From positions 1,535,613 through 1,599,612 of the forward strand of contig CP070836.1 of the NCBI GenBank assembly GCA_020341795.1: a stretch of 64,000 nt of DNA, in the 5' to 3' direction. Numbering within the stretch: the stretch's first letter is position 1; the number at the start of each line of letters is the position of its first letter. The position numbers and the translations under genes are program-made. Under the pieces are notes generated by a model. It did no database searches. It was given only the letters and a program-made list of their open reading frames with translations, and was not told the origin of the DNA. Shown here in pieces: positions 28,620-37,687 of the stretch. Origin of the DNA: Thermoplasmatales archaeon. GTDB lineage: Archaea > Thermoplasmatota > E2 > DHVEG-1.

Positions 28620-29314
28620 TCCTTACTAAAACTTCCTTTTCCAGCTCCACAAACAGGGCAAACCCAATCATCAGGTACATCATCAAAACTAGTGCCTGCG
28701 GGTACACCATTGTCAGGATCGCCTTTCTCTGGATTATATATATATCCACATACATCACAAATATATTTGTCCATTTTTTTTTCCTCCTTTTCTTTTTTTG
28801 GTTTATCAACCTCCTTATAATATGTTGGTGCAGTCTTTGGTGAAAAACCACCTTTCACTTTATGGTAATATTCGTAAGTCATAGATTCTTTTTCATCAAA
28901 TAACATCGCGTCAACAACATTACCAATAAATACAGTATGAGTTCCTACATCAATCTGATTAATTACTTCTGCCTCAATACATCCATTTGCATAATCCTTA
29001 ATAATTGGAGCATTTATCTTTCCAATTTCATAATTAGTATCCTTAAATTTGTCGATATCCCTTCCCGATTTAAAGCCAAATTTTCCTATAAAAGTAAGAG
29101 GTGCTTCAATTGTAAGTATAGTCAGAGAAAATACTTTGCTTTTATTTATATATTTATGTGTTAGATTTTTTTTATTTACACTAATTGCAATAGTTGCAGG
29201 TTCTGAGGTTACCTGAAATACTGCATTTGCTATCTGTCCATTATATTTATCCTTATAATTTGAAGATATTATGTAAAGACCATATGATATATTATGAAGT
29301 GTATTTTTATCCAT
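28616..29314 (-). CDS. High-molecular-weight rubredoxin (flavin-reductase-like domain fused to rubredoxin)
   Basis: Flavin reductase split-barrel N-domain, and a C-terminal rubredoxin ([43 protein letters not shown]). It overlaps fprA by 4 nt, the Hrb-FprA arrangement known from Moorella. Confidence 0.85.
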   Translation of the reverse strand: MDKNTLHNISYGLYIISSNYKDKYNGQIANAVFQVTSEPATIAISVNKKNLTHKYINKSKVFSLTILTIEAPLTFIGKFGFKSGRDIDKFKDTNYEIGKINAPIIKDYANGCIEAEVINQIDVGTHTVFIGNVVDAMLFDEKESMTYEYYHKVKGGFSPKTAPTYYKEVDKPKKEKEEKKMDKYICDVCGYIYNPEKGDPDNGVPAGTSFDDVPDDWVCPVCGAGKGSFSKE

Positions 29315-29317
29315 ATA

Positions 29318-29737
29318 TTAACTTCCTTTTTTTATGCATTTTTTACATATACCTTTTATATAACCATGAACTTCTTCTACTTCATGACCATATTCACTCA
29401 TTTTGTTGATATTTGGGCAACAAAATTCAATGTCAATTATTTTTCCGCATTTTTTACAGTAAAAATGATGGTGCATTTCATGAGTAATATCATAATGTAG
29501 TTCAGAACCAGATATTGTTATTGCTTGTATTATTCCATGGGATTCCAGTGCATCTAAAGCATTATAAACTGTTGTTTTTGAGAGTGATGGATTATTTGTT
29601 TTAAGATCAGTATAAATCTGATCTGCGGTAGGATGGGTACAATGCTTATCTAAATATCGAAGGACATTTATTCTATGGGATGTAATTTTCATATTATTAT
29701 CTTTCAATATTTTTACATATTTCTCCAAATAATCCAA
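29318..29737 (-). CDS. Fur-family transcriptional regulator (PerR-like)
   Basis: Winged helix N-terminus, HHHFYCKKCGKI...CCPN metal-binding motifs, and 139 aa. It sits inside the oxidative-stress gene cluster. Confidence 0.85.
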   Translation of the reverse strand: MDYLEKYVKILKDNNMKITSHRINVLRYLDKHCTHPTADQIYTDLKTNNPSLSKTTVYNALDALESHGIIQAITISGSELHYDITHEMHHHFYCKKCGKIIDIEFCCPNINKMSEYGHEVEEVHGYIKGICKKCIKKGS

Positions 29738-29829
29738 CCTCTTTATGTTATGTTTACAAAATTGTAATCATTATAATTTAACACGTAATACAAAGTTAGA
29801 TATATAAAGTTTTCTATTTAAGATAAGTT

Positions 29830-30039
29830 TTAACAAGAGCTGTGTTCTACTGCTTCATTGGGACATGCATTAACACACGCACAACATTCAATGCACTCGC
29901 CGATATTTTTACAAATTGCTTTTCCATCTACTACTTCAAAAATTTCAACAGGGCATGCAATTACACACTCACCAACACCAGTACACTTTTCAAGATCGAT
30001 AATAATCTTAATATCTCCTTCTTCATACTCTTTTTTCAT
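29830..30039 (-). CDS. 2x[4Fe-4S] ferredoxin
   Basis: CTGVGECVIACP and CKNIGECIECCACVNACP. The start is trimmed to MKKEYEE. Confidence 0.8.
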   Translation of the reverse strand: MKKEYEEGDIKIIIDLEKCTGVGECVIACPVEIFEVVDGKAICKNIGECIECCACVNACPNEAVEHSSC

Positions 30040-30209
30040 CTCTAATAAACCCCCCATAAAGTAGCATATCATAAATAAAAATGACTATTTTATTTTTTCT
30101 AATTTTTATAAAGAAAATATCAAAATTAAAAATAATCACAATTACAATATTATAGAAATGATTTAGTAAGAATATAAGATATCATTTTTAAACATGGGGA
30201 GGAGTTAAT

Positions 30210-32144
30210 ATGAATAAAATAGTCTGGAAACCAACTAGTGATTATATTGATAATGCAAATATAACGCGATTTATGAAAAAACATAATATCAAAAATTATG
30301 AGGAATTAATAAAAAAATCCACTGATGATATCTCATGGTTATGGGATGAAGTAATAAAAGATCTAAATATTGAATGGTATCAACCTTATACTAAAGTTTA
30401 TGACGACTCAAAAGGTATACAATGGACAAAATGGTTTATCAATGGTAAAATAAACATAATTCATAATATATTAGATAGACATGCAATATCTGCAAAGAAA
30501 AACAATAACGCAATAATCTGGGAAAATGAGCAGGGAGATAATAGAAAATTAACCTATGAACAACTATACAAAGAGGTGAATAAATTTGCAAATGCATTAA
30601 AAAAACTTGGAATTAAAAAAGGTGACAGAATAGGAATTTACATGCCAATGGTTCCAGAGATTGTTATTGGTTTTTTAGCCGCTATGAAAATAGGTGCAAT
30701 TAGTATTCCAATTTTTTCAGGATTTGGAGGTCATGCACTTACATCTCGACTGGATATTGCAGGAGCAAAGATACTCTTAACAGCTGATGGTTCTATTAGA
30801 AGAGGTAAGACTGTAAACATAAAAAACGAAGCAGATATCGCCTCACAATTAGTCAAATCACTTGAGCATGTTATTGTATATAAAAGACTTGGAAATGAAA
30901 TTTCTTGGAATGAGGAAAAAGACATATGGTGGAGGGATGTTATAGCAAACCAGTCTGATGAATGTGAAACAGAGATTATGGATTCTGAAGATTATGCAAT
31001 GATAATATTTTCATCAGGAACAACTGGAAAACCAAAAGGAACAGTTCATACGCATGGGGGAGCTCTTGCTCAAATAGCTAAGGAGGTTGGATATTATTTT
31101 GATGTAAAAGAAAATGATATTTTTTTCTGGTTAACTGATATCGGATGGATGATGGGTCCATGGATGATAATAGGAGTACAAACATTCGCTGGAGCGTTTG
31201 TAATATATGAAGGCGCTCCAAATTGGCCAGAACCTGATAGACTCTGGCAATTAATTGAAAGTCAAAAAATTACACATTTGGGAATATCTCCAACAGCTAT
31301 TCGTCTACTTATGACATATGGAGATAAGTGGCCTAAAAAGCATGATTTAAGCTCTTTGAAATTTTTAGGTTCAACAGGTGAACCTTGGGATGCTGATTCA
31401 TGGAATTGGTTTTTTGAAAAAATCGGAGGTAAAAAAATACCGATAATAAATATCTCGGGTGGAACAGAAATTGTAGGATGTTTTCTTTCTCCTCTACCAA
31501 TTACAGATTTAAAACCTTGTACCCTTAGAGGTCCTGGACTTGGTATGGATATAGATGTTTTTGATGAAGATGGAAATCCAATTCGGCAAAAGATGGGGCA
31601 TCTTGTAGCAAAAAAACCAGCACCTTCTATGACCCGAGGTTTTTGGAATGAACCAGATCGTTATATTGAAACTTATTGGTCCCGCTGGCCAAATATCTGG
31701 TATCATGGAGACTGGGCAAAGATTGATAAAGACGGTTTCTGGTCCTTACATGGTAGAAGCGATGATACAATAAAGATTGCAGGTAGAAGAACAGGTCCTG
31801 CTGAAATAGAGGCAGCACTTATCGAGCATCCTGCTGTATCAGAAGCTGCGACAATCGGTATACCAGATGAAATTAAAGGTGAAGATATTGTAAGTTTTGT
31901 TGTTTTAAAACCAGGTTATACTCCAAGTGAAGATCTCAGGGACGATTTAAAAGATCAAGTTGTAAAAATAATGGGAAAAACATTAAAACCAAGAGATATT
32001 AAATTTGTTGGTGACCTTCCAAAGACTAGATCTGCAAAAATTGTTAGAAGAATTATCAAAGCAACTTATCTCGGTGAAGAAGTTAGTGATATCTCATCAG
32101 TGGAAAATATTAAAGCTGTTGATGAGATAAAAAATGCAATGTAG
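30210..32144 (+). CDS. acs: Acetyl-CoA/acyl-CoA synthetase (AMP-forming)
   Basis: 644 aa with an AMP-binding signature (IIFSSGTTGKPKG), a hinge and A10 region (IVRRIIK), and a GGAGG RBS. Confidence 0.85.
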   Translation: MNKIVWKPTSDYIDNANITRFMKKHNIKNYEELIKKSTDDISWLWDEVIKDLNIEWYQPYTKVYDDSKGIQWTKWFINGKINIIHNILDRHAISAKKNNNAIIWENEQGDNRKLTYEQLYKEVNKFANALKKLGIKKGDRIGIYMPMVPEIVIGFLAAMKIGAISIPIFSGFGGHALTSRLDIAGAKILLTADGSIRRGKTVNIKNEADIASQLVKSLEHVIVYKRLGNEISWNEEKDIWWRDVIANQSDECETEIMDSEDYAMIIFSSGTTGKPKGTVHTHGGALAQIAKEVGYYFDVKENDIFFWLTDIGWMMGPWMIIGVQTFAGAFVIYEGAPNWPEPDRLWQLIESQKITHLGISPTAIRLLMTYGDKWPKKHDLSSLKFLGSTGEPWDADSWNWFFEKIGGKKIPIINISGGTEIVGCFLSPLPITDLKPCTLRGPGLGMDIDVFDEDGNPIRQKMGHLVAKKPAPSMTRGFWNEPDRYIETYWSRWPNIWYHGDWAKIDKDGFWSLHGRSDDTIKIAGRRTGPAEIEAALIEHPAVSEAATIGIPDEIKGEDIVSFVVLKPGYTPSEDLRDDLKDQVVKIMGKTLKPRDIKFVGDLPKTRSAKIVRRIIKATYLGEEVSDISSVENIKAVDEIKNAM

Positions 32145-32284
32145 TGGTATTATTAAATTTCTAATAATATAATCTTTATACATCAATAAACAATAACATT
32201 TTTCAATGAATCTTCTATTACATTTTTTGGTGAGAACGAGAGATTAACATAATTTTTTCGTCTCATGTTGGAGGGGTGTAATTT

Positions 32285-33526
32285 ATGACTAAAAAAGTAG
32301 CAGTTGTTGGTGTTGGATATACAGATTTTAATTCAATGACTCCAGAAGTAAGTTGGAAGGAGTTTATGTATGAAGCATGTCAAAAAGCATATATAGATGC
32401 AGGAGTTGATCCAAGAGAAGATATTGATAGCTTTATTACATGTTCGGAAGATTATTGGGAAGGATTTAGTATTTTTGATGAGTTTGTACCTGATCAGATA
32501 GGTGCTGTATTACGACCATGTTGCACTGTTTGTGGTGATGGGCTTTATGGGCTTGGTAATGCATATATGCAAATAAAAACAGGTAAAATGAACATTGTTG
32601 CTGTTGAAGCGCATAGTAAAATTTCTGATCTATTAACGTTTGGAGATATTGGTCTGTTTTCATATGATCCGATTTTTGATAGACCCGTTACAGGATCTGT
32701 TGACAGAACGCATTTTGCAGGAATTCCTTCTTATGAAAAAAATTCTCCAAAACCATTAGTCGGTAAAACAAATGAGAAAGAAAGAATTCATCCATATTTC
32801 TTAGCAGGACTTGAAATGCAAAATTTCTTAAGAAAAACTGGTACAACCGAGGAACAATGTGCAAAAGTCGTTGTAAAAAACAAAAAAAATGCTTTTAATA
32901 ATCCAAACGCAGAATACGAAGTTAATATTACAATTGAAGATGTTATGAATTCGGAATATTTATTTAAACCGATAAAAAAACTTGATATTAGTTTAAATGT
33001 TGATGGTGCAATTGCTTTTGTCCTTGCAAGTGAAGAAGCAGTTAAAAAACTAGATGTTGAACCTATTTGGCTTAGAGGTTTTGGTTGGTCTTCTGAAACA
33101 CCTTGGATTTCTACTCGATCGATGGATGCAAATTATGCAATGTTGGCATCTAGAATGGCTTATAAAATGACTGATATTAATAATCCCAGGAAGGAAATAG
33201 ATTTTGCTGAGGTTGATGATAGATTTTCATACAAAGAACTGCAACACCTTGAAGCACTAGGTCTTGCAGAATCAGGTGAAGCTGGAAAAATGCTTGATTC
33301 AGGGGATTTAGATTTAAATGGTTCACTTCCAACAAACATTTCAGGTGGATCTCTTGGTATTGGGAATTGTTTTGAAGCAACAGGTTTACAAAAAGCCCTT
33401 GAAGTTGTTATTCAACTTAGAGGGCATGGTGGTAAACGCCAAATAGAAGATGTTCATACAGGAATTTCTCAATCATGGAGAGGTATACCGTCTGGTAGTG
33501 GAGCAGTTGCTATTTTTGGGAGGTAA
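32285..33526 (+). CDS. Thiolase-fold protein (SCP-x/archaeal type), atypical active-site motif
   Basis: MTKKVAVVGVGYTDF start. The C-terminal region reads GGSLGIGNCFEATG where canonical paralogs have GHPVGATG. Confidence 0.7.
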   Translation: MTKKVAVVGVGYTDFNSMTPEVSWKEFMYEACQKAYIDAGVDPREDIDSFITCSEDYWEGFSIFDEFVPDQIGAVLRPCCTVCGDGLYGLGNAYMQIKTGKMNIVAVEAHSKISDLLTFGDIGLFSYDPIFDRPVTGSVDRTHFAGIPSYEKNSPKPLVGKTNEKERIHPYFLAGLEMQNFLRKTGTTEEQCAKVVVKNKKNAFNNPNAEYEVNITIEDVMNSEYLFKPIKKLDISLNVDGAIAFVLASEEAVKKLDVEPIWLRGFGWSSETPWISTRSMDANYAMLASRMAYKMTDINNPRKEIDFAEVDDRFSYKELQHLEALGLAESGEAGKMLDSGDLDLNGSLPTNISGGSLGIGNCFEATGLQKALEVVIQLRGHGGKRQIEDVHTGISQSWRGIPSGSGAVAIFGR

Positions 33527-33530
33527 AAAA

Positions 33531-34694
33531 ATGAATAGAGTAGCAGTTATTGGAGGAGGAATGACACTTTTTAGAAGACGTTTACTTGAAACTGGAAAAG
33601 AACTTTCATTTTTAGCAGCAAAAATGGCAATGGAAGATTCAGGAATTGAAAAAAAAGATCTAGATATGGTTGTTATGGGGAGCGCACCAGATGCTTTTGA
33701 TGGAATCCATATGAAAGGGGAAAATCTTTTAGATGGTGCAGCTGCTACAAATAAACCATATGTTCGATTATTTAACGGTGGGGGCACTGGTGTTTTTGCA
33801 CCTATTGCTGGTTGGTGGCATGTGGCATCAGGTGTTGCGGATACTGTTCTTGTAGTTTGTGAAGAAAAAATGAGTTCCTGTTTCCCTCATCCACAGACAG
33901 CTTTCCAGCATATATGGGATCCTATTTTAGATAGACCATTACATCCGAATCTCGTATGGCTTTTTGCAATGGAAATGAATAGATATATGACAATGCATAA
34001 CATAAAAAAGGAAGATATTGCACTTGTTGCTGTTAAAAATAAAAGAAATGCAGTAGGTCATCCTTCTGCTCAGCTTCCTGATGAAAAAATCACAGTTGAG
34101 GATGTTTTAAATTCAGAAATTATGGCTTGGCCTGTGCAACGACTAGATATTAGTCCGCCTAGTGATGGTGCATCTGCACTAATATTATGTTCAGAGGATA
34201 GAGCTAAACAATATACTGATGATCCTATATTTATTGATGGTGTAGGGTGGAATATTGATAGCACTATGTGGACGAATCGAGATTTATATTTCCCACGTTA
34301 TGTTGCAAATGCCGCAAAAATGGCGTATAAAATGGCAGATATACATGATCCTAAAAAAGAGATTGATTTTGCTGAACCTTATGATCCATTTGATTACAAA
34401 GAACTTCATCATTTAGAAGGATTACTTTTATGTGATAAGGGAGAAGCACCTATTCTTACTCGAGAAGGAGTAACTCAGCGAGATGGAAAATTACCCGTAT
34501 GTCCATCGGGGGGACTTTTAGGAGTGGGTAATCCAATTGCTGCAACAATGGGGCAAAAAGTATGTGAGTTATATTGGCAACTTTCCGGTAAAGCAGGTAA
34601 AAGACAAATTCCAACTGATCCACAAGTTGGTGTTGGTCAAGCATGGGGTGATATAATGCAGATGGGTACTGTTATTGTTATGAGGAGGGGGTGA
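33531..34694 (+). CDS. Thiolase-fold protein paralog lacking canonical nucleophile-region Cys and His motif
   Basis: MNRVAVIGGGMT start, GGGTGVFAPIAG at the nucleophile position, and GVGNPIAATMG at the C-terminus. The start was moved from the track ORF to avoid overlap. Confidence 0.7.
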   Translation: MNRVAVIGGGMTLFRRRLLETGKELSFLAAKMAMEDSGIEKKDLDMVVMGSAPDAFDGIHMKGENLLDGAAATNKPYVRLFNGGGTGVFAPIAGWWHVASGVADTVLVVCEEKMSSCFPHPQTAFQHIWDPILDRPLHPNLVWLFAMEMNRYMTMHNIKKEDIALVAVKNKRNAVGHPSAQLPDEKITVEDVLNSEIMAWPVQRLDISPPSDGASALILCSEDRAKQYTDDPIFIDGVGWNIDSTMWTNRDLYFPRYVANAAKMAYKMADIHDPKKEIDFAEPYDPFDYKELHHLEGLLLCDKGEAPILTREGVTQRDGKLPVCPSGGLLGVGNPIAATMGQKVCELYWQLSGKAGKRQIPTDPQVGVGQAWGDIMQMGTVIVMRRG

Positions 34695-35245
34695 AATATA
34701 TAATGATGACTATAAAAAGCAAAACAGAGGGATATCCAAGATATGCTCCTGGTACTCATGTTTCAGGAAGAGATATTTCAAATAAAAATGTAACATATTC
34801 CTGGTGGGAACCCGAAGTACAATATTCTTGGAGTCTTGGACCTGCTTATGGTAGGTTTTTACAGGAACTTAAAAAAGGTAAAATTATAGGAAGATCATGT
34901 AAAAAATGTGAAAGAGTAATAGTACCACCTCGTATGTTTTGTGAATATTGTTATAGATCAACTGATGAATGGATTTATTTAAAAGATACTGGGAAAGTTG
35001 AAACATTTTCAATTTCATATCTTGATCCAAATGCAAGAAGGATAAAGGAGCCTATTCTAATTGGTGTGATTTCTATTGATGGTGCATCACCCATGCATGG
35101 ATTCATGCATTACTTTAACGATATGAAACCTGAGGATTTAAAAATAGGAATGAAAGTAAAAGCAGTTTGGAAATCTGAAAAGGAAAGGACTGGTTCAATT
35201 ACTGATATAAAATATTTTAAACCTATGAATGAAGGTGATAAGTAG
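34691..35245 (+). CDS. DUF35 OB-fold/zinc-ribbon protein
   Basis: CKKCERVIVPPRMFCEYC ribbon followed by an OB fold. Confidence 0.7.
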   Translation: MKYIMMTIKSKTEGYPRYAPGTHVSGRDISNKNVTYSWWEPEVQYSWSLGPAYGRFLQELKKGKIIGRSCKKCERVIVPPRMFCEYCYRSTDEWIYLKDTGKVETFSISYLDPNARRIKEPILIGVISIDGASPMHGFMHYFNDMKPEDLKIGMKVKAVWKSEKERTGSITDIKYFKPMNEGDK

Positions 35246-35725
35246 ATGACTTTTTATGAGAAACAAACTGATCCTTCCTCACCAATGCATTGGCTTGGAG
35301 ATATGCAAGCTGATTATCTTTATCCTAATGGTAAAGCTGGTGATAAATTATTTAAACATATTAAAGAAAATGATACTTTTCTTGCATCAAAGTGTATAAA
35401 TTGTTCCAAAATATTTTTTCCTCCAAGGCTTTATTGTGAAGATTGCTTCGTTGAAATATTAGAAAAAGATTGGTTTGAAATTCCCTCAACTGGAAAAATC
35501 AGGCTTCATACAATTGTTACAATAAACACCTATGGTGAAAAACTCAATGAGCCTAAAATGATTGCTTTAATTGACATTGATAATACAGATGGAGCTTTAC
35601 TTGGTATTATAAAGACTGATAATATTGATGAAAATTTAATTGGGAGAAAAGTAGAAGCAGTTTTTAAGTCAAAAAATCAAAGAGAAGGTACATTAAAAGA
35701 TATCTTATATTTTAAAATGAGATAG
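35246..35725 (+). CDS. DUF35 OB-fold/zinc-ribbon protein
   Basis: CINCSKIFFPPRLYCEDC ribbon followed by an OB fold. Confidence 0.7.
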   Translation: MTFYEKQTDPSSPMHWLGDMQADYLYPNGKAGDKLFKHIKENDTFLASKCINCSKIFFPPRLYCEDCFVEILEKDWFEIPSTGKIRLHTIVTINTYGEKLNEPKMIALIDIDNTDGALLGIIKTDNIDENLIGRKVEAVFKSKNQREGTLKDILYFKMR

Positions 35726-35765
35726 GGTGAAGCTTTAAACATCCTTTATTATTTCCTTTTTTGAA

Positions 35766-36776
35766 ATGAAATATGTATCTGGAGAAATTTTAACAGTTGA
35801 TGGTCTTACACGAGGATATCTTAGCTTCAATGATAGGGAAATTGTTGAATTCGGTAAAGGATGTTGTCCAAAAAAACCAGTTTCTAAAGGTCTAATTGTT
35901 CCAAGTTTTGTAAATGCTCATACACATATTGGTGATTCTTTTATTAGAAAAAAAGAAATTGATTTACCTCGAGATGTTGAAGCTCTTGTTGCACCTCCCG
36001 TTGGGCTAAAACATAAGCTGTTAAAAAAGGCGACAGAGAATGAATTAATAGAAGGAATGGAAGAATCGATTAATGTTATGATAAAATCAGGTACAAAAAT
36101 TTTTAGTGATTTTAGGGAAGATGGAATTATAGGTGTTTGTCTGTTAAAAACTGCATTAGCTCATTGGAAAATTTCTTCTATAATTCTTTCTAGACCAGAT
36201 AATATGATTTATCATAAAAATGAGATTGATATTTTATTAAATTTATCTGACGGTATTGGTCTCAGTTCCATATCAGATTGGAATATCAATGAATTAAAAA
36301 AAATTGTGCATCATACAAAACAAAAAAAGAAAATATTTTCAATTCATGCAAGTGAATCTATCCGTGAAGATATCGATAAAATACTTGATTTAAAACCTGA
36401 TTTTTTGATACATATGATAAAAGCATCTAAATCTGATTTAATTAGAGTAAAAGAAAATGATATCCCTATCGTAATATGTCCAAGATCAAATGCATTTTAT
36501 GGTTTAAAACCAAATTATAAATTATTAAAAAAAATTGGAAATAAAATTCTCATTGGAACTGATAATGGTATGCTTAATCCACCTAATTTACTGGATGAAA
36601 TAAATTATACAATTTCTTGTTTCAAAGGTTTTTCAAAAATTGATTTACTAAATATGATTACATATGATGCAAGGAAAGTTTTAAATCAGGAGTGCGACAT
36701 TCTTGGTTCCAATTCTAAGGCCGAGTTTGTAGTTTTAAATAAACAAACTTTGAAGCCTTTATACATTTCAGTTTAA
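35766..36776 (+). CDS. Amidohydrolase-family metal-dependent hydrolase
   Basis: VNAHTHIGDSF HxH metal motif, a later HASE, and GTDNG near the C-terminus. Confidence 0.6.
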   Translation: MKYVSGEILTVDGLTRGYLSFNDREIVEFGKGCCPKKPVSKGLIVPSFVNAHTHIGDSFIRKKEIDLPRDVEALVAPPVGLKHKLLKKATENELIEGMEESINVMIKSGTKIFSDFREDGIIGVCLLKTALAHWKISSIILSRPDNMIYHKNEIDILLNLSDGIGLSSISDWNINELKKIVHHTKQKKKIFSIHASESIREDIDKILDLKPDFLIHMIKASKSDLIRVKENDIPIVICPRSNAFYGLKPNYKLLKKIGNKILIGTDNGMLNPPNLLDEINYTISCFKGFSKIDLLNMITYDARKVLNQECDILGSNSKAEFVVLNKQTLKPLYISV

Positions 36777-36796
36777 GAATCATAAGAGGGGTTAAT

Positions 36797-37636
36797 GTGA
36801 AAATAGAAGAAGTAATGTCAGAGGATTTAATAGTTGGTTATGTTCCAGGAACTGTAAAAGAAGCTCTTAGAACACTAGCAAAACATAATAAATCCGGTAT
36901 GCCCATCCTAAAAAAAGATACAAAAATAGTATTAGGAGTTATTACAAGAAGTGATATCTTTAAAAATCCAGATGAAGACCAGCTTGCTTTAATTATGAGC
37001 GATGATTTTCATTATGTAGAAAGATTTCAAGAAGTTAAAGAAGCAGCAAAATTATTTTACAAACATAGAATTCATGGTTTACCAGTTATAAATAATAGGA
37101 AACATTTAGTCGGAATTGTAAGTCCAACAGATCTCTTAAAGTATTTACCAAAAACTGTTAATCAATCTATTGAGCGATATTTTACAAATCTAGTAGTACC
37201 AGTTTATCATGATACTCCTATTAACATAATTATGGAGATCATCAACATTACACAAGAACATGCACTACCCGTTTTAAATGATGAACGTAAACTCTGTGGA
37301 ATAGTAACAGATGGCGATTTATTTAAACTAAGCCATATCAAAGAAAGTGTATCTCAAACAGATATGGGAATGGGTGGTGACGAGGATGCATGGACATGGG
37401 AGGGAATTAGAGATACTGTTAGACTTCATTATTCAACCTCAGAAGTATCATTACCACCGGTACCAGTAAAACAAGTGATGATCACTAATATAGTAAAAGG
37501 ATTAAAAACAACTCCTGTAGAAGAATTAGCAGAAAAAATGTTAAAAAATAAAATTAGTCATGTACCAGTTGTTGATTCAGAGGATCACTTAATTGGAATG
37601 GTTACAGATATAGATTTAATGGCCTGTTGGTTTTAA
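36797..37636 (+). CDS. CBS-domain protein (four CBS motifs)
   Basis: Repeated hydrophobic-G-(I/V)-(I/V)-T/S-x-x-D motifs (GVITRSDIF, GIVSPTDLL, GIVTDGDLF, GMVTDIDLM). Confidence 0.75.
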   Translation: MKIEEVMSEDLIVGYVPGTVKEALRTLAKHNKSGMPILKKDTKIVLGVITRSDIFKNPDEDQLALIMSDDFHYVERFQEVKEAAKLFYKHRIHGLPVINNRKHLVGIVSPTDLLKYLPKTVNQSIERYFTNLVVPVYHDTPINIIMEIINITQEHALPVLNDERKLCGIVTDGDLFKLSHIKESVSQTDMGMGGDEDAWTWEGIRDTVRLHYSTSEVSLPPVPVKQVMITNIVKGLKTTPVEELAEKMLKNKISHVPVVDSEDHLIGMVTDIDLMACWF

Positions 37637-37687
37637 ATTCCATTATCATATACTTATTTTCAAAATTAAATCAGGAGAGTTTCAGAT

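Noticed and set aside
28612-28851. 79-aa ORF 28612..28851(-) overlapping the high-molecular-weight rubredoxin gene
   Set aside because: It is an alternative frame of the rubredoxin domain region. The other frame encodes a perfect rubredoxin CxxC...CPxCG motif, so this one is spurious.
33450-33530. N-terminal 27-aa extension of the second thiolase-like ORF (track start 33450)
   Set aside because: It overlaps the C-terminus of the upstream thiolase-like gene by 77 nt. An ATG with a GGGAGG RBS at 33531 gives the conserved MNRVAVIGGG thiolase start.
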